Made by a program: the position numbers and the translations under genes. The notes beneath the pieces are model-generated. The model did no database searches. It had not been told where the DNA came from and was given only the letters and a program-made list of their open reading frames with translations. From Curvularia clavata (lineage: Eukaryota), in assembly GCA_023920165.1 (NCBI GenBank), contig CP089278.1, positions 3,286,001-3,309,251 of the forward strand: DNA of 23,251 nt. Reading direction: 5' to 3'. Positions 1 to 12,245 of this stretch are shown piece after piece. Numbering within the stretch: the stretch's first letter is position 1; each line of letters begins with the position of its first letter.

Positions 1-19
1 GGCAGATTTCGTACTGCGC

Positions 20-32
20 ATCGTCTGATTGG
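20..32. promoter_or_regulatory. Candidate SREBP/SrbA-like element ATCGTCTGAT (20-29) overlapping a reverse CCAAT box (ATTGG 28-32)
   Basis: ATC-N4-GAT palindrome about 165 bp upstream of the cyp51 ATG. It is short and could occur by chance. Confidence 0.3.
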
Positions 33-191
33 TACGGGGAAACGACATGAGCCGCGCCACTCCGCTAAGCCATTTATGAGTGCCTGCTTACATAGGGTAC
101 TGGCCGGCGTTAAATGCACTTGGCAAGTTTCTATCAACATAATGCCCGCCCTTTGCTTTTACACTCCTTTCCTAGGCCATCACACAATACA

Positions 192-1864
<1,673 letters not shown>

Positions 1865-2878
1865 CTATAACGAGGGTGTAGCTCAAATCTGCATATTATG
1901 GAATTAGCGATTTAGGCGACGGAGGCTACGTGGTAGATCGTGTTGCACGGGCTGATTAAAGCTAGGTGTAGTAGACTTATCACGTCTTGATTATCATAGG
2001 CAACAGCTGAACATATATGATAGCAATAGAGTCGCTAAGAAGAGCAAATATATGCATGCAATTTCACATTTAGTTGAGGGTAGATTTGCAAAGACATATC
2101 CTCGGTGGAGAGGGTGTATGGTTGTAAGAAAGAGAGGGAGGAGACGAGTGTAACAGGTTGAACGCCCTTCAGATAGCTCCTCTATGTAATCTCAATAGAA
2201 TATTGGTTCTACTTAGAGTATCCGGAGTCTAAACACCATCCAAGCGGCACTCAGACAACGCGTTCATACACTTTGGCATAGCCATTCTATACGTACATAA
2301 ACAAAACAACATTACCTTTCTATGCAGTGGTCTTGTCATCTATATTGCTATAAATTCGAACTGGTCATCGGAATAGGAAATTTGGGGCACTGAGTAAGCC
2401 TGGGAGAGCTGGCGATGGCGCTCCTCAAGGTTTAAGTGAGTTGGCTAGCAATCACTTTCCGATTTGTCTATGAGAATGGAACTATTTAGATTATGGCTAA
2501 ATTCAAGACTTGGAGTGACTCAGAAGAAGAAATTACCAAATCCTTCCAGCGTGAGGTAAAAAATGCCAGCGCGTGAAGCCTAAGAGACGTTCCTGAGTGG
2601 GCAGACTCACGATGTGCTGGGACAAATCCGGGGTTCAGGCCATTGGTTCTTCTTTCACAAGTAGTTGCAGAAGTTTCATTTAGATAAATATTCTTAAAGA
2701 TTTAAAGAAAAAAGCCTCTCGCCGGAAGTGAGAATGGGTCCATAGAGAAGTATACTAATATGGGTCAAATCTTGCAATGCATAGACCGGGTTCGCGTCAC
2801 TTGGACAACTCAAGCCCTGACCCTAAAATATACAGGGACTTGCTTGTTCATTTTCTAGAGTGAGTATAGTCCAGACCA

Positions 2879-5800
2879 TTAGCTAAAAACATAGTCCTGT
2901 TGAGGAAGATCCATGATCTGCCATAACCCTCTCACTTTCTGAAGTACTCGTAGATTGAGGCTTTGGCTACGGAAGGGCTCCGTGGTATCGGATGCACCAT
3001 CGTTTTCAGGGGCTTCCGGTTCTCGCACAAGATTGGTTGCTCTCTCCTTTCCCTTTCTTTCTACCACATTTGGGCGATTAGCATGCGGTGTATCAAACAG
3101 CGTATCCGAAGGTGTATCCTCCGTCTCAGAAGTCCCAATCGTTGCCTCTTCACTACAATTCCTTTCTTCCACGATCCAGCACACTCTTGTGCTACGAAGT
3201 TTTGGACGTGGGAGTATCTCCCATTCTGCATTGTATGGTGTGGCCACCATACATGGCCCATCTACGTCGAAGGTGGAAAATAAGGTCTCCTTGCGTCGTT
3301 CTTCTCCACGAGTAGACCAATAGTCTCTGTTTGATAATACTTCAACAAGCGTGCCTGTCGGCCATCGCATGTCGGTAAGTTCATCCGCTTTTGGAGTGGC
3401 TTGAACAAGCTGAGCGAGGCATTGCCGCCTAATTTGTTTGTATATAATGGAGTCAGACTTTTCCGCTGGTAGTTTTCCAAATTCATTCCCTACTCCCGAA
3501 TTTATTTCCGTAGTAGATTCAGAACCTGAGCTGATGTGCGGAGCAGTGCCGTCTTTGCCGTCTGGTGGAATGTATGTTCCACACCAAAGCCTTCCTGTTT
3601 CCATGATCCGATCGACAAACCACAACTGCGCGAAAGTGTTGTCGAGTGTCTCTTCGAGCTGAAGAGTGGCAAATGGGCGTTTCAAAACATCAATGTGACT
3701 GAAAAGAGCATCACTGACCTCATCTGGCAGTGGATCATCCGAGCCTGGGACTTGGTCGGTTCGAACAGATTGCCAAATGCTGGTGGCTAAGCCCCTCGCT
3801 AGAGCCTTTTCCTCGGACACGGTCAGAGTATATCTGAGGATGTCGAAAATGATCTGGGCAAGAAGGTTTTGCATCTCTGGAACTTGATTGATGCGACGAC
3901 TATTGATGTATCGTGTCACTTGTACGCTGCGATGATCGACACTTCCCCAAATCGCCGAATTTTCCGGAATGCAACCAAACTGTCGGAAATCTTCTAAAGC
4001 TCGCTCGTACACACCTGTTTGCGACATCCAATGGGTTATTGTATCATTTCGTGTACGATATTGTTCCCAGGTCTCATCTTTTTGACGTTCTATGATGAAC
4101 TCCCAACATCGTAGCGACTCCCAAGCATCAGCCCAGGTCAATTTGATAAGTGTGAAGTCGATTTCACGATTGACTGACCACGGATATGCCTTTAGAAGCA
4201 CACCATCAGGAGTAGTCTGGCCTGGTCTAATCGTCTGAAGCTTGGTAGTAATGAAGTTGCGTACATGACAGTGTTCGATCCTAGGAGCTTCCATGAAGAA
4301 ACTCTGAAATAATAGTGAGCTCGATGTATGTTCGGCATAGGCATCACCCGAGTAAACTTCATTCGGCGGTAGATATGCCTCCGGCGCAAGAAGAGACAAG
4401 TCGCCGTTGTTTAACGTTAATGCCAATATTGCGAGACGTAGTGAATGAACTTTGTTGCTGACAGCTTTCGTGTCGAGCCGGAAATCGTAGTCGCACATGT
4501 TCGCTATTATAGCGAGTCTGTCGGACTCAAAGTAACATTCGCGATGCTTTAATAGAGTCAAAGCCCCCGCTGCATTGATTGTGGGTCGTTTGCCATAATA
4601 GTTCTCGCTATACATCTCCAGGTCTTGCTGAAGTGTATTTGCTTTCACCGTTCTTGGGTGGAGAGATTCCGCTGCCTGGAGCACTGATCGAGCGCCCGGC
4701 CATGGATCTGCTGGCATGTAGTTAGAGCTTACAAGCATTGATCCTATGACAGAAAAGTCGCGCAGTAGAATATTGTGCATGACGTCGAGAATCCGCCAGA
4801 ATTGGCTCACAGAAATGCAAAAAAGCTTCGAATCGAGTCCACGCGCATGGTCATCAAGTGAATGGTAAGGGCGGCTGTCCGTTTCGCCTTTTCTCTCGTA
4901 CCCGAATTTTGATGAAAAGCTTAGCCCAGAATCGCATCGGAATGCAAGAAACAGCTTCAATCCTGCGCATATAGCCTCTTGAATGACCCAAGCCCGAGTG
5001 TACCATCTGTCTTGACAGGTTTCATGGAGGAAACGAAGGATATGTGTGCAGTACTGGAGCTTCTCGATTGTCGGTGTCGCTTCCCAATTGGAGTGTAGCA
5101 GAGTCTTGATTGCATTGAGTTGCTCCTGTGACGTGATCTTGACGTCGAGTAGGCCCACTGTATACATGGCTCTATTGTAAACAATGTCCATCGACTGTAT
5201 GCCAAGTTCTTGCATCTCCCAATCTGCCTTCGTGCTCGTCTCGGTCGGCTGAGGGAGGCACTCTTGGTCGATCCAGATCATTCGAAAGCCACATGAATTG
5301 GCGAAATCCACAGCACGATCTAGAACATCGTCAAGAGCACGACTGGCTCGGACACGCCCGTCGAGGTCTCGAACCGTGTAGCTTCTTGGAATTGGTTTGT
5401 CGTCTCTTGGTGGCCAACAGTACGACACAGCGACATAATGCATACACATATCCATTGCTGCAATGGTGGCATCACCCTTACCAAACCATGCTGGATGGTC
5501 CACCGTTGGGTTGACCAAACGAAATTTTCGAGGTTTCCATTTATGTGGAAATTCGGGATACCATGCACAAACACGGCATTTGTTTTTTTCTGAGTCATTG
5601 GCGTGGTCCGAGCATTGAGCTTTGTCTTTTTCTGGTATTGGAGCACCATTGTTTCCTAAACTCATCTGTAGGGCGTATTCCTCCTGCGCATCCTCGTCGT
5701 CGCTGTCGAACCCGTTGACTTTGGCATCTGAGTCATCATATATTAAGAAGCAGATGTCTCTCTTTGCCCATCGCTTCGCTTTCTCACGCGTGAATTTGTA

Positions 5801-6058
5801 CTTGGAGATTTCTGCAATCTCCGCGAACACGCCTGACCCTAGCGCTATCGGAGTATCTCGTAGATCGTTCCTCATCTTCACTGGTTCTCTCTGGCAATGC
5901 GGTTTGCTGACATCGGCCTTGTTTCCGGCGCTGTTTATCCCACTCGGCATCAGCTCGTTGTTTTCGACCGAATTATCCCACAATACATCACCCTCCTGCG
6001 CGTGGTCATATAGATCGTCATCTTTCGTTTCGCAGCTCGTATCTAGCGATTCAGTCAT
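2879..6058 (-). CDS. HET-domain (heterokaryon incompatibility, PF06985-like) protein, 1059 aa, single exon
   Basis: Long ORF with HET signature blocks HYVAVSYCW, IWIDQECLPQ, IQSMDIVYNRA, WYTRAWVIQE and a downstream DRLAIIANM motif. Confidence 0.9.
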   Translation of the reverse strand: MTESLDTSCETKDDDLYDHAQEGDVLWDNSVENNELMPSGINSAGNKADVSKPHCQREPVKMRNDLRDTPIALGSGVFAEIAEISKYKFTREKAKRWAKRDICFLIYDDSDAKVNGFDSDDEDAQEEYALQMSLGNNGAPIPEKDKAQCSDHANDSEKNKCRVCAWYPEFPHKWKPRKFRLVNPTVDHPAWFGKGDATIAAMDMCMHYVAVSYCWPPRDDKPIPRSYTVRDLDGRVRASRALDDVLDRAVDFANSCGFRMIWIDQECLPQPTETSTKADWEMQELGIQSMDIVYNRAMYTVGLLDVKITSQEQLNAIKTLLHSNWEATPTIEKLQYCTHILRFLHETCQDRWYTRAWVIQEAICAGLKLFLAFRCDSGLSFSSKFGYERKGETDSRPYHSLDDHARGLDSKLFCISVSQFWRILDVMHNILLRDFSVIGSMLVSSNYMPADPWPGARSVLQAAESLHPRTVKANTLQQDLEMYSENYYGKRPTINAAGALTLLKHRECYFESDRLAIIANMCDYDFRLDTKAVSNKVHSLRLAILALTLNNGDLSLLAPEAYLPPNEVYSGDAYAEHTSSSLLFQSFFMEAPRIEHCHVRNFITTKLQTIRPGQTTPDGVLLKAYPWSVNREIDFTLIKLTWADAWESLRCWEFIIERQKDETWEQYRTRNDTITHWMSQTGVYERALEDFRQFGCIPENSAIWGSVDHRSVQVTRYINSRRINQVPEMQNLLAQIIFDILRYTLTVSEEKALARGLATSIWQSVRTDQVPGSDDPLPDEVSDALFSHIDVLKRPFATLQLEETLDNTFAQLWFVDRIMETGRLWCGTYIPPDGKDGTAPHISSGSESTTEINSGVGNEFGKLPAEKSDSIIYKQIRRQCLAQLVQATPKADELTDMRWPTGTLVEVLSNRDYWSTRGEERRKETLFSTFDVDGPCMVATPYNAEWEILPRPKLRSTRVCWIVEERNCSEEATIGTSETEDTPSDTLFDTPHANRPNVVERKGKERATNLVREPEAPENDGASDTTEPFRSQSLNLRVLQKVRGLWQIMDLPQQDYVFS

Positions 6059-8380
6059 TTCGGTGCTGTGTTAGTCGCGTCTAGAAAGGCTGTGTTACGT
6101 GAGTTCCTATGCGTTAAGAGACCGTACAATTAAATACCAGCCCGTCATCCAGGCAACAGGCGCAAGGCTGAATACGCCCCATTTACCGGGATTGCGTCCT
6201 CTGGGGGCCAAGAACCAGCCCCTCACACGTACATGTCGTATGTCTTTACGCGAGGAATTTCGATAGGCAACGAAAGAGAGTGAGTGTAGCACCAATCAGA
6301 AACATCGATGCGTCTTGAAACATGCATCCTCGGCCTTGGCGTGGAGTATACTACCCTCCTTCTTGGCAATCCTGCTAAAGAGACAAGGTGAGAAAGAACC
6401 GAGGAACCATTTCTCCATTCGTCAAGGCCGGTAGCAGTAGACTCTATTAAGGGTAAGTTACCGCCCGCTAGGATAGAGCCTACAACTTCCCTTCCCTTTC
6501 TATATTGTCGCTGTTACAGTCTTGCTCTATTTATAGTTCTAGCTTTTCCGTGTGCTTACTATAGCACCTAAAAAAAGCAGCAAAGACCTAACATACTTGC
6601 ACAGCTTTCCTTGGTGCCGCCGCGACAGCAATTTTCGGTCAAGGCGGAGAAAGGTGAAACCTTTGTCTTCGAGCATGCCATGATATAGGGTGTTTAACCG
6701 CGTCGCAGCGCTAGGGTTCTAAAAAAAAGTTCTAATTGGACTTCCATATCAGTTGACCGAAGGCTTGGCCGGTGGTGATCAGGCTTAATGAATTGTTAGA
6801 AAGGTGTGCCACGCAAGCAGATTTCGGAAGCTCATTACAAAGTTTGCCTAAAGTAACGTGAATATTTCGAAGTATGTTTCTAGGCTTCTAATATTGTTTC
6901 TGATAATCGAGCTTCTCTCTATTAAGGTTGGATTGCAAAACCAAGTCGGGCACCTAAGCAGGTAAATTGGGACCTTTTCCCAGGCGCGGAGAGTCTTCGC
7001 CACGTATTTAATGTAGGGAGTAAACGCTGTAGAATCTAGGCTAATTATTTTGAAGCAATATTACTGTTGTTTATGTAAGTAGGTCTTGAATTGTTAAAGT
7101 ATAGTTTGGTCGCAAAGGGCTTCCTTTTGAATTTAGACGTAGCTAGTATACTACATATGTTGTCGCGGGGATTTGTCGCTCGTGAAAACTTAGTGGCTAT
7201 TAGTCGTTCCGCGAATGGGGCTCGCTTCTCTTGTAATATCTGATGGTGGAAGGAGGAAACATTGGCCGAACACATCGTTAAGTCCCGAAGCAGGACCTCA
7301 TCTTCGATCATCGTTCCTCCCAGTGGTGTATCCTAAGACAATTGTCTTAGATGCTCATTTCCCCAACCTAAGGTGGACCATCGTACACGGTAAATAGAAT
7401 ATAAGCGCATCCCGTGCTGGGCTACTGCGGTTGGTTCCCTGATCATGTTGCTCGACATCGTCTGGTAGGCACGCCGTGAATGGTATCTTCTTGCATATTG
7501 TGCAGAGCTTTTCCGTCTGCAAACTAGCCACATGCTTTAATATCTTTACTTTATCAGAACCATGCAATATGATGCTACTGATGCTATGCTGTATATCTGA
7601 AACTTGTGGCGAACCCCAAACCACATCATACTTGTTGTCTTTGCCTTCTCCCTTGATTGATGCTATAGAGTCATCACCTTCGTATTCCCCAGAAAATCCA
7701 TTTTACGTGCGGTCAGTAGGAAACAGATTGTTGAAAGCCATGTCGGGAGTACTAAATGTATTAATCATGCCCTGCGAAAATATAGTGAGAGATTCGTACT
7801 ACCTGTTCTTGTAAAGCATCCTCTTTCATCAAGATTCGGACATCTAACAAAGTGTGGGAACGAGAACATCAAGCAACAGGCATAGGTAATGTTGTAGCTA
7901 GGCCGTCGTAAGATTTTAGGCTATTGTCGAGTGGTACAAGCCCACACACAGTTGTCTGCTCTGACCCTTCGGAAACTTTGGACTACAGTGTAGCAATCTA
8001 AATTCTCCGTTAATGATTGCTATTTGATGAGGATCGAATAGCACCAGGTTGGAAATCTAAATCTGGCGTTCAGAAGAAGACATAAATTAAAGCAAGCTGT
8101 CCCACATGAACGCCCAAGCGCTGTGATAGTTTAGACAAGATAACGTAACTAGGGAGGCTAAGCAAGCGATCCTAAAGAAAGAGGGAACATTCTCTATGGC
8201 TTGCAAGATACCTAAGTGTACGCATCAGAGACTGTGGGCAGTCCAAATGGTTAAAAGCCGGAAACATCCGAGCTGGGAACGGATTCCGGTTTCCAGCAGT
8301 CTGCATGAGGCGATCATGGCGTCTATCATAGTGGTGGCGGTACGCCTCTTCCATAGCATACTGGAATCATAAAGGCTCTG

Positions 8381-10218
8381 CTATACCTCTCGCGCGGATG
8401 TATGATTCCCAGCAGCAATCAACTCGCGACCCCGTTGGAAGAGAGCAGCGGCCATGATAATCTTTTCGTCCTGCCATCGCCTTCCGACGATTTGCATTCC
8501 GATCGGGAGGGAAGGGGGAGAGGAGGCGTCCTCGGCCGATCGAGGAGGAGAAGGCGTACCAAAGCCGCAAGGCACACTCATCGCGGGGTGACCCGTTACG
8601 TTGAAGGGACAAGTATTGTTGGTCACGCCGATGGTGGATTCCAGTCGCTTTAGAATTGTAGTAAAGTTAGCATTCTCGAGCTTGTCGTTGGACGAGGACG
8701 AGGAGCAGGAAGTCTGCGACGGGAGAGGCATTGCGACCGAGGGAGCACACGGCGTGACGAGAACGTCGACGTCTTCGAGCGCGCGATCATACACTGCACG
8801 CAATTCGAAGACTTTGCGATGGGCTTTGGCTTCGATACCCGACGTCACGTGGTCGTGGGTGAATTGGCTGCTGAAGAGAATGTTGGCGAGAGCGGGGTTG
8901 GTGGCGGAGATGGACTCGAAGGTCTGCTGGGTCAGGGGCCAGCGGGGACGGAGGTGTGGCGGGGCAAAGCTCAAATGCCCGGCTGGGCTGCCTTGATACA
9001 GGTATTTGGACATGGATGGACGGCTGGCTGCTGTCCAGATGATTGGGGCTTCGTGGTGCATGGGGATCGAGATGGGGGCGACTGTTGCACCTGCAGCTTC
9101 GAACGCTGTGGTCGCTGCCTTGATCACTGTCTGTTGGACCAGGGAGGATACGCCGGGCATGGAGAAGGCTTCGGTCAAGAGTCCTACCCGCCATGCCCGG
9201 CCTGTCTCGGGCTGGACTTTGAGTTGCTCTTGGAAGTCCTCCAGGAGGCGTTGATAAGGTTTCACGTTGTTCACCAGTGGAGATTCGGGCGACATGCGCG
9301 AATCCAAACCGTCGTAGCCTGCCATGACTTCCAGTAGGATCGCAATGTCCTTCAGATGGGTGGCGATGGGACCAAGATGGTCGATCATGGGCATCATGGA
9401 AGCAGCGCCAGTATATGGTACCAGGCCAAAGGTAGGCTTGAGGCCCAAGAGGCCACAATACGAAGCTGGAATGCGTACGGAACCGGCCTGGTCACTGCCG
9501 ATTGCCAGTTCCACCGTCTCTCCAGTCACCTCGGGCTTGTCCGGATAGAGGGCGTGAGCAGCCACGAGTGCGCACGAACCGCTACTACTGCCTCCGGAGG
9601 TGTAGCCGTGGAGGTGCGGATTATGCACGGGACCAGAGGCAGACGTGAAGGACAGAGGCGAAGCGCAGAAGCACTCACACGTGGACGTACCTTTGATGGT
9701 TCCGCCCGCTGCCAGAACACGAGAGACAACAGTGGCATCAATGGGGGACAGGGGATATTCGTTCTGGTCGGAAAGGATCGAAGCCGGCGCTCCAAGTGTT
9801 GTTGGCAGGCCTCCTACGCAAATGTTATCTTTGATGGCCACGGCGCGGCCCTGCAGACGCTGGTTGCTTGGTGCGGCGGCAGAGAGATTGCATTGGTGGC
9901 TCCAGGCATTGTATGGATTCTGCGCGGCGGTTGGTGCCCAGTATTGTCGAGGCTGCACAGTCGGCAGCGGCTGCAACTGTGATGGTATATAGTCGGCGCC
10001 TCTCTCGACGTGGCTGAGGACGCTCTCGAAAGACCAGATCAGGCGCAGATAGTCGTGGGCATCTCTATCGTCCGAGACATCAATACCAAGCCGGCCCGCC
10101 AATTGACGAAAGTCATCGACCTGGAAACCGGAGCTTCATGACTGTATGAGCAAGCGCATATATAATCGAGGCTGGCGCCCTCTTACCTCGACTCGTCTGC
10201 GAGTGCTATGATGGACAT
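8381..10218 (-). CDS. Amidase-signature family enzyme, about 594 aa; probable exons 10218-10187 and 10133-8381
   Basis: Ser-cisSer-Lys motifs AIKDNI, GGSSSGS, GSDQAGSVRIPAS, plus C-terminal NVTGHPAMSVP and LPIGMQIVG. ATG at 10218 and a GTAAGA...AAG intron (10186-10134) restore the frame. The 5' exon model is less certain than the family call. Confidence 0.9.
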
Positions 10219-10663
10219 GGTGTCGACGCCATGAAGGCCTGCAGCTCCATCAGGGAGGCAGCGAGCACATATGCTTGGACATGGGCATGTGGACGTGGTC
10301 GGATGCATCAAACACCAACTACATCAGTGCATGCACCTGTGTATCTCGGAAGTGCGCGCGCTTTGGTCGGACGGTCCGACGTTGTACGTAGGTATCGGCG
10401 ACTCGGCAACCCTGTCCACAGCACTCGACTTCACACAATCTCCCCTGCTACAGTATTGCCGCCGTCAGCGTCCATCCTTATCATCACTCTTATCGCCGCC
10501 ATGGATGTAACCCATGCTGCCATGCCGTCTCCAATTCTGCGCCACGCCCACCGCCTCGAGATAGGCTGGTGGCCGACCTCGCCATAATTCCAAGCCGAGG
10601 CGCCGTCCAACTCCATCTCATCGCTTCGCGTTGCCAGCACCGCGCTGCTCTGTCTTCATAGCC

Positions 10664-11220
10664 ATGGCCGCCATACAGCATTCCAAGGACGACGAGAAGG
10701 GCCCTGCCACGACGCTCGCGCTGGACCGATCCGACACCAGCGCGAGCGGCATGGGTACCGGCATCGTCACTGACATACCCTCGGGAGCGCAGTCGTTGCA
10801 TCGAAGTCTGCGTGGCAAGGAGGTCCAACTCTTTGCCATTGGTGGTATGTATTGCTCTTTCTCTGTCGGGCGCCTTCCTCGATGCCCTTGGCTTGACATG
10901 CACGGCGCTGACATACATGGCATAGGAGCAATTGGCACGTGTATGTCTTTTCCGAGACGACATACGCCAGATTCAGCGAGCGTGACTGACATGGTCGGAA
11001 CATGAAGCTCTCTACGTGCAGATGGGGTCCGCCCTGCCCAAGGGCGGTCCGGCGGGACTTTTCATTGCATTCCTCCTCTGGGGCGGCGTCATGTGGGCCG
11101 TCAATGAGTGCTTCGCCGAGATGGTGACCTATGCGCCCATTCCCTCCCCCTTCATCCGTTTCGGTACAGAGTGGGTCGATGGTGCTCTCGGCTTTGGTAT
11201 GTGCCTGCGTATTTCCTCGT
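10664..11220 (+). pseudogene. Amino-acid permease (APC/YAT family, Agp2-like), 5' fragment only; exons 10664-10844, 10926-10940, 11008-11196
   Basis: Spliced product reads LHRSLRGKEVQLFAIGGAIGTSLYVQMGSALPKGGP...FAEMVTYAPIPSPFIRFG. GTATGT donors at 10845, 10941 and 11197. An LTR starts at 11221 inside intron 3, and no further exons are recognisable before the telomere. Confidence 0.88.
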
Positions 11221-11763
11221 TGTTACAGGTAACAAGGAAGGATCTCTCCTGACGAAGGCCGCATGGTAAGAGACCATCGGGCGACCACGTCAAAGGGTAA
11301 GGACCTCTGCGGGGCAGAGGTCACGTAACGCGTCATCCCGCTAAGACTGGCCATCTGGAATGGCAGTGTATAAAGAGATAGCAACGCCATCCTAGTCCTC
11401 CCGCTAAGAAGGGATGGACGGGATGGTAGGACTAGAGATAATAGATATAAGAATATATTAGATTTTATTATTACACTTGTTATAGTTAATTTAGCAAAGT
11501 ATTTTCTATAACGTAGTTTATAAGCAAGTCGGTCATACAAGCGAGTCGGTCACCCTACTAACTTTGCGCACCTTTACAAGCGTATAGCTCCACTACATAT
11601 AGATAGTTTTGATAGATATTAAGATAGTAGATTAATTACTATCTAGAGTATCTTTCTTATATATATACGAGTTATAGCCAGTCTCTTTATATCTACTACA
11701 GCGCGCAAGAGCCCGGCTACTAACATCTAATCGCTCTCCTCCCTAACGCTCTTTATAAGCAAT

Positions 11764-12190
11764 TGTTAAGAGTATGATCTCGAGTGGAAGTAATATAAAA
11801 CTTCTGGTATCAAGATCTTCTTGGGTTGGTTTTCGCGGATAAAGCAATAGTGTGTTATGAACAAAGGGTCTATAGTAACTATTATATTATAGGTACTATA
11901 CTCGTAACTTAAGTTGAACACATTAAGCTATAAGGGCTTAATATCTATTCCTATATACTTATAGTGCTCGCAACCCTCAGTCAGAGGAGTCCGAGTAATC
12001 CTCGGTGGCTTATGTACGAGGAGCATTCCTCTGTAGCTTATGCACGAGGAGTCTGCCAAGACCCTTCCTCGGACATGCGCTACCGAGGAGGTTACGTAAT
12101 ACGTGCCCCCGCGTTATATATAGCTGGGTCGACTGGTCGTTAATACTTCTTAACTTAACCGCCGTGCCTCTTCCCCCTAGGTTCGTAATA
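11764..12190 (-). repeat. 3' LTR of family A element
   Basis: TGTTAAG...TTCGTAATA. Colinear with 18079-18505; the differences I compared were C>T/G>A transitions. Confidence 0.95.
11975..12088. promoter_or_regulatory. Four CCTCGG-N10-CCGAGG-type palindromic sites in LTR U3 (also at 18290-18403)
   Basis: 11975-11996 CCTCAG/CCGAGT (CCTCGG in the other LTR), 12000-12021 CCTCGG/ACGAGG, 12028-12049 CCTCTG/ACGAGG, 12067-12088 CCTCGG/CCGAGG. All have a 10-nt spacer and lie just upstream of the TATATA box (11952-11957) in element orientation. Confidence 0.7.
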
Positions 12191-12245
12191 CTATCCTCCT
12201 CCTTCTTAAGCTTGTCCTTAAGCTTTTCCTTATGCCTAGCTAATA

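Noticed and set aside
114..191. Upstream in-frame ATG extending CYP51 by 26 aa
   Set aside because: ATG 192 has better context (ACAATG) and gives the typical CYP51B N-terminus and length.
2815..2826. CCCTGACCCTAA telomere-like dimer
   Set aside because: Only two units, one imperfect; compatible with chance.
6430..6730. Mildly TpA-rich intergenic patch suggesting an old RIP-mutated fragment
   Set aside because: No termini, repeat partner or coding remnant found in the window.
7045..7830. Possible degenerate minus-strand gene (LCTICKKIPF motif, possible intron near 7750-7800)
   Set aside because: Only short ORFs broken by stops, with no family I can recognise confidently. A translated search is needed.
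8367..11005. Many overlapping alternative-frame ORFs across the amidase and permease region
   Set aside because: Expected shadow ORFs of GC-rich coding DNA, with no motifs.
11975..12088. Spaced palindromic repeats as a CRISPR-like array
   Set aside because: Eukaryotic LTR context, 10-nt spacers and no cas genes.
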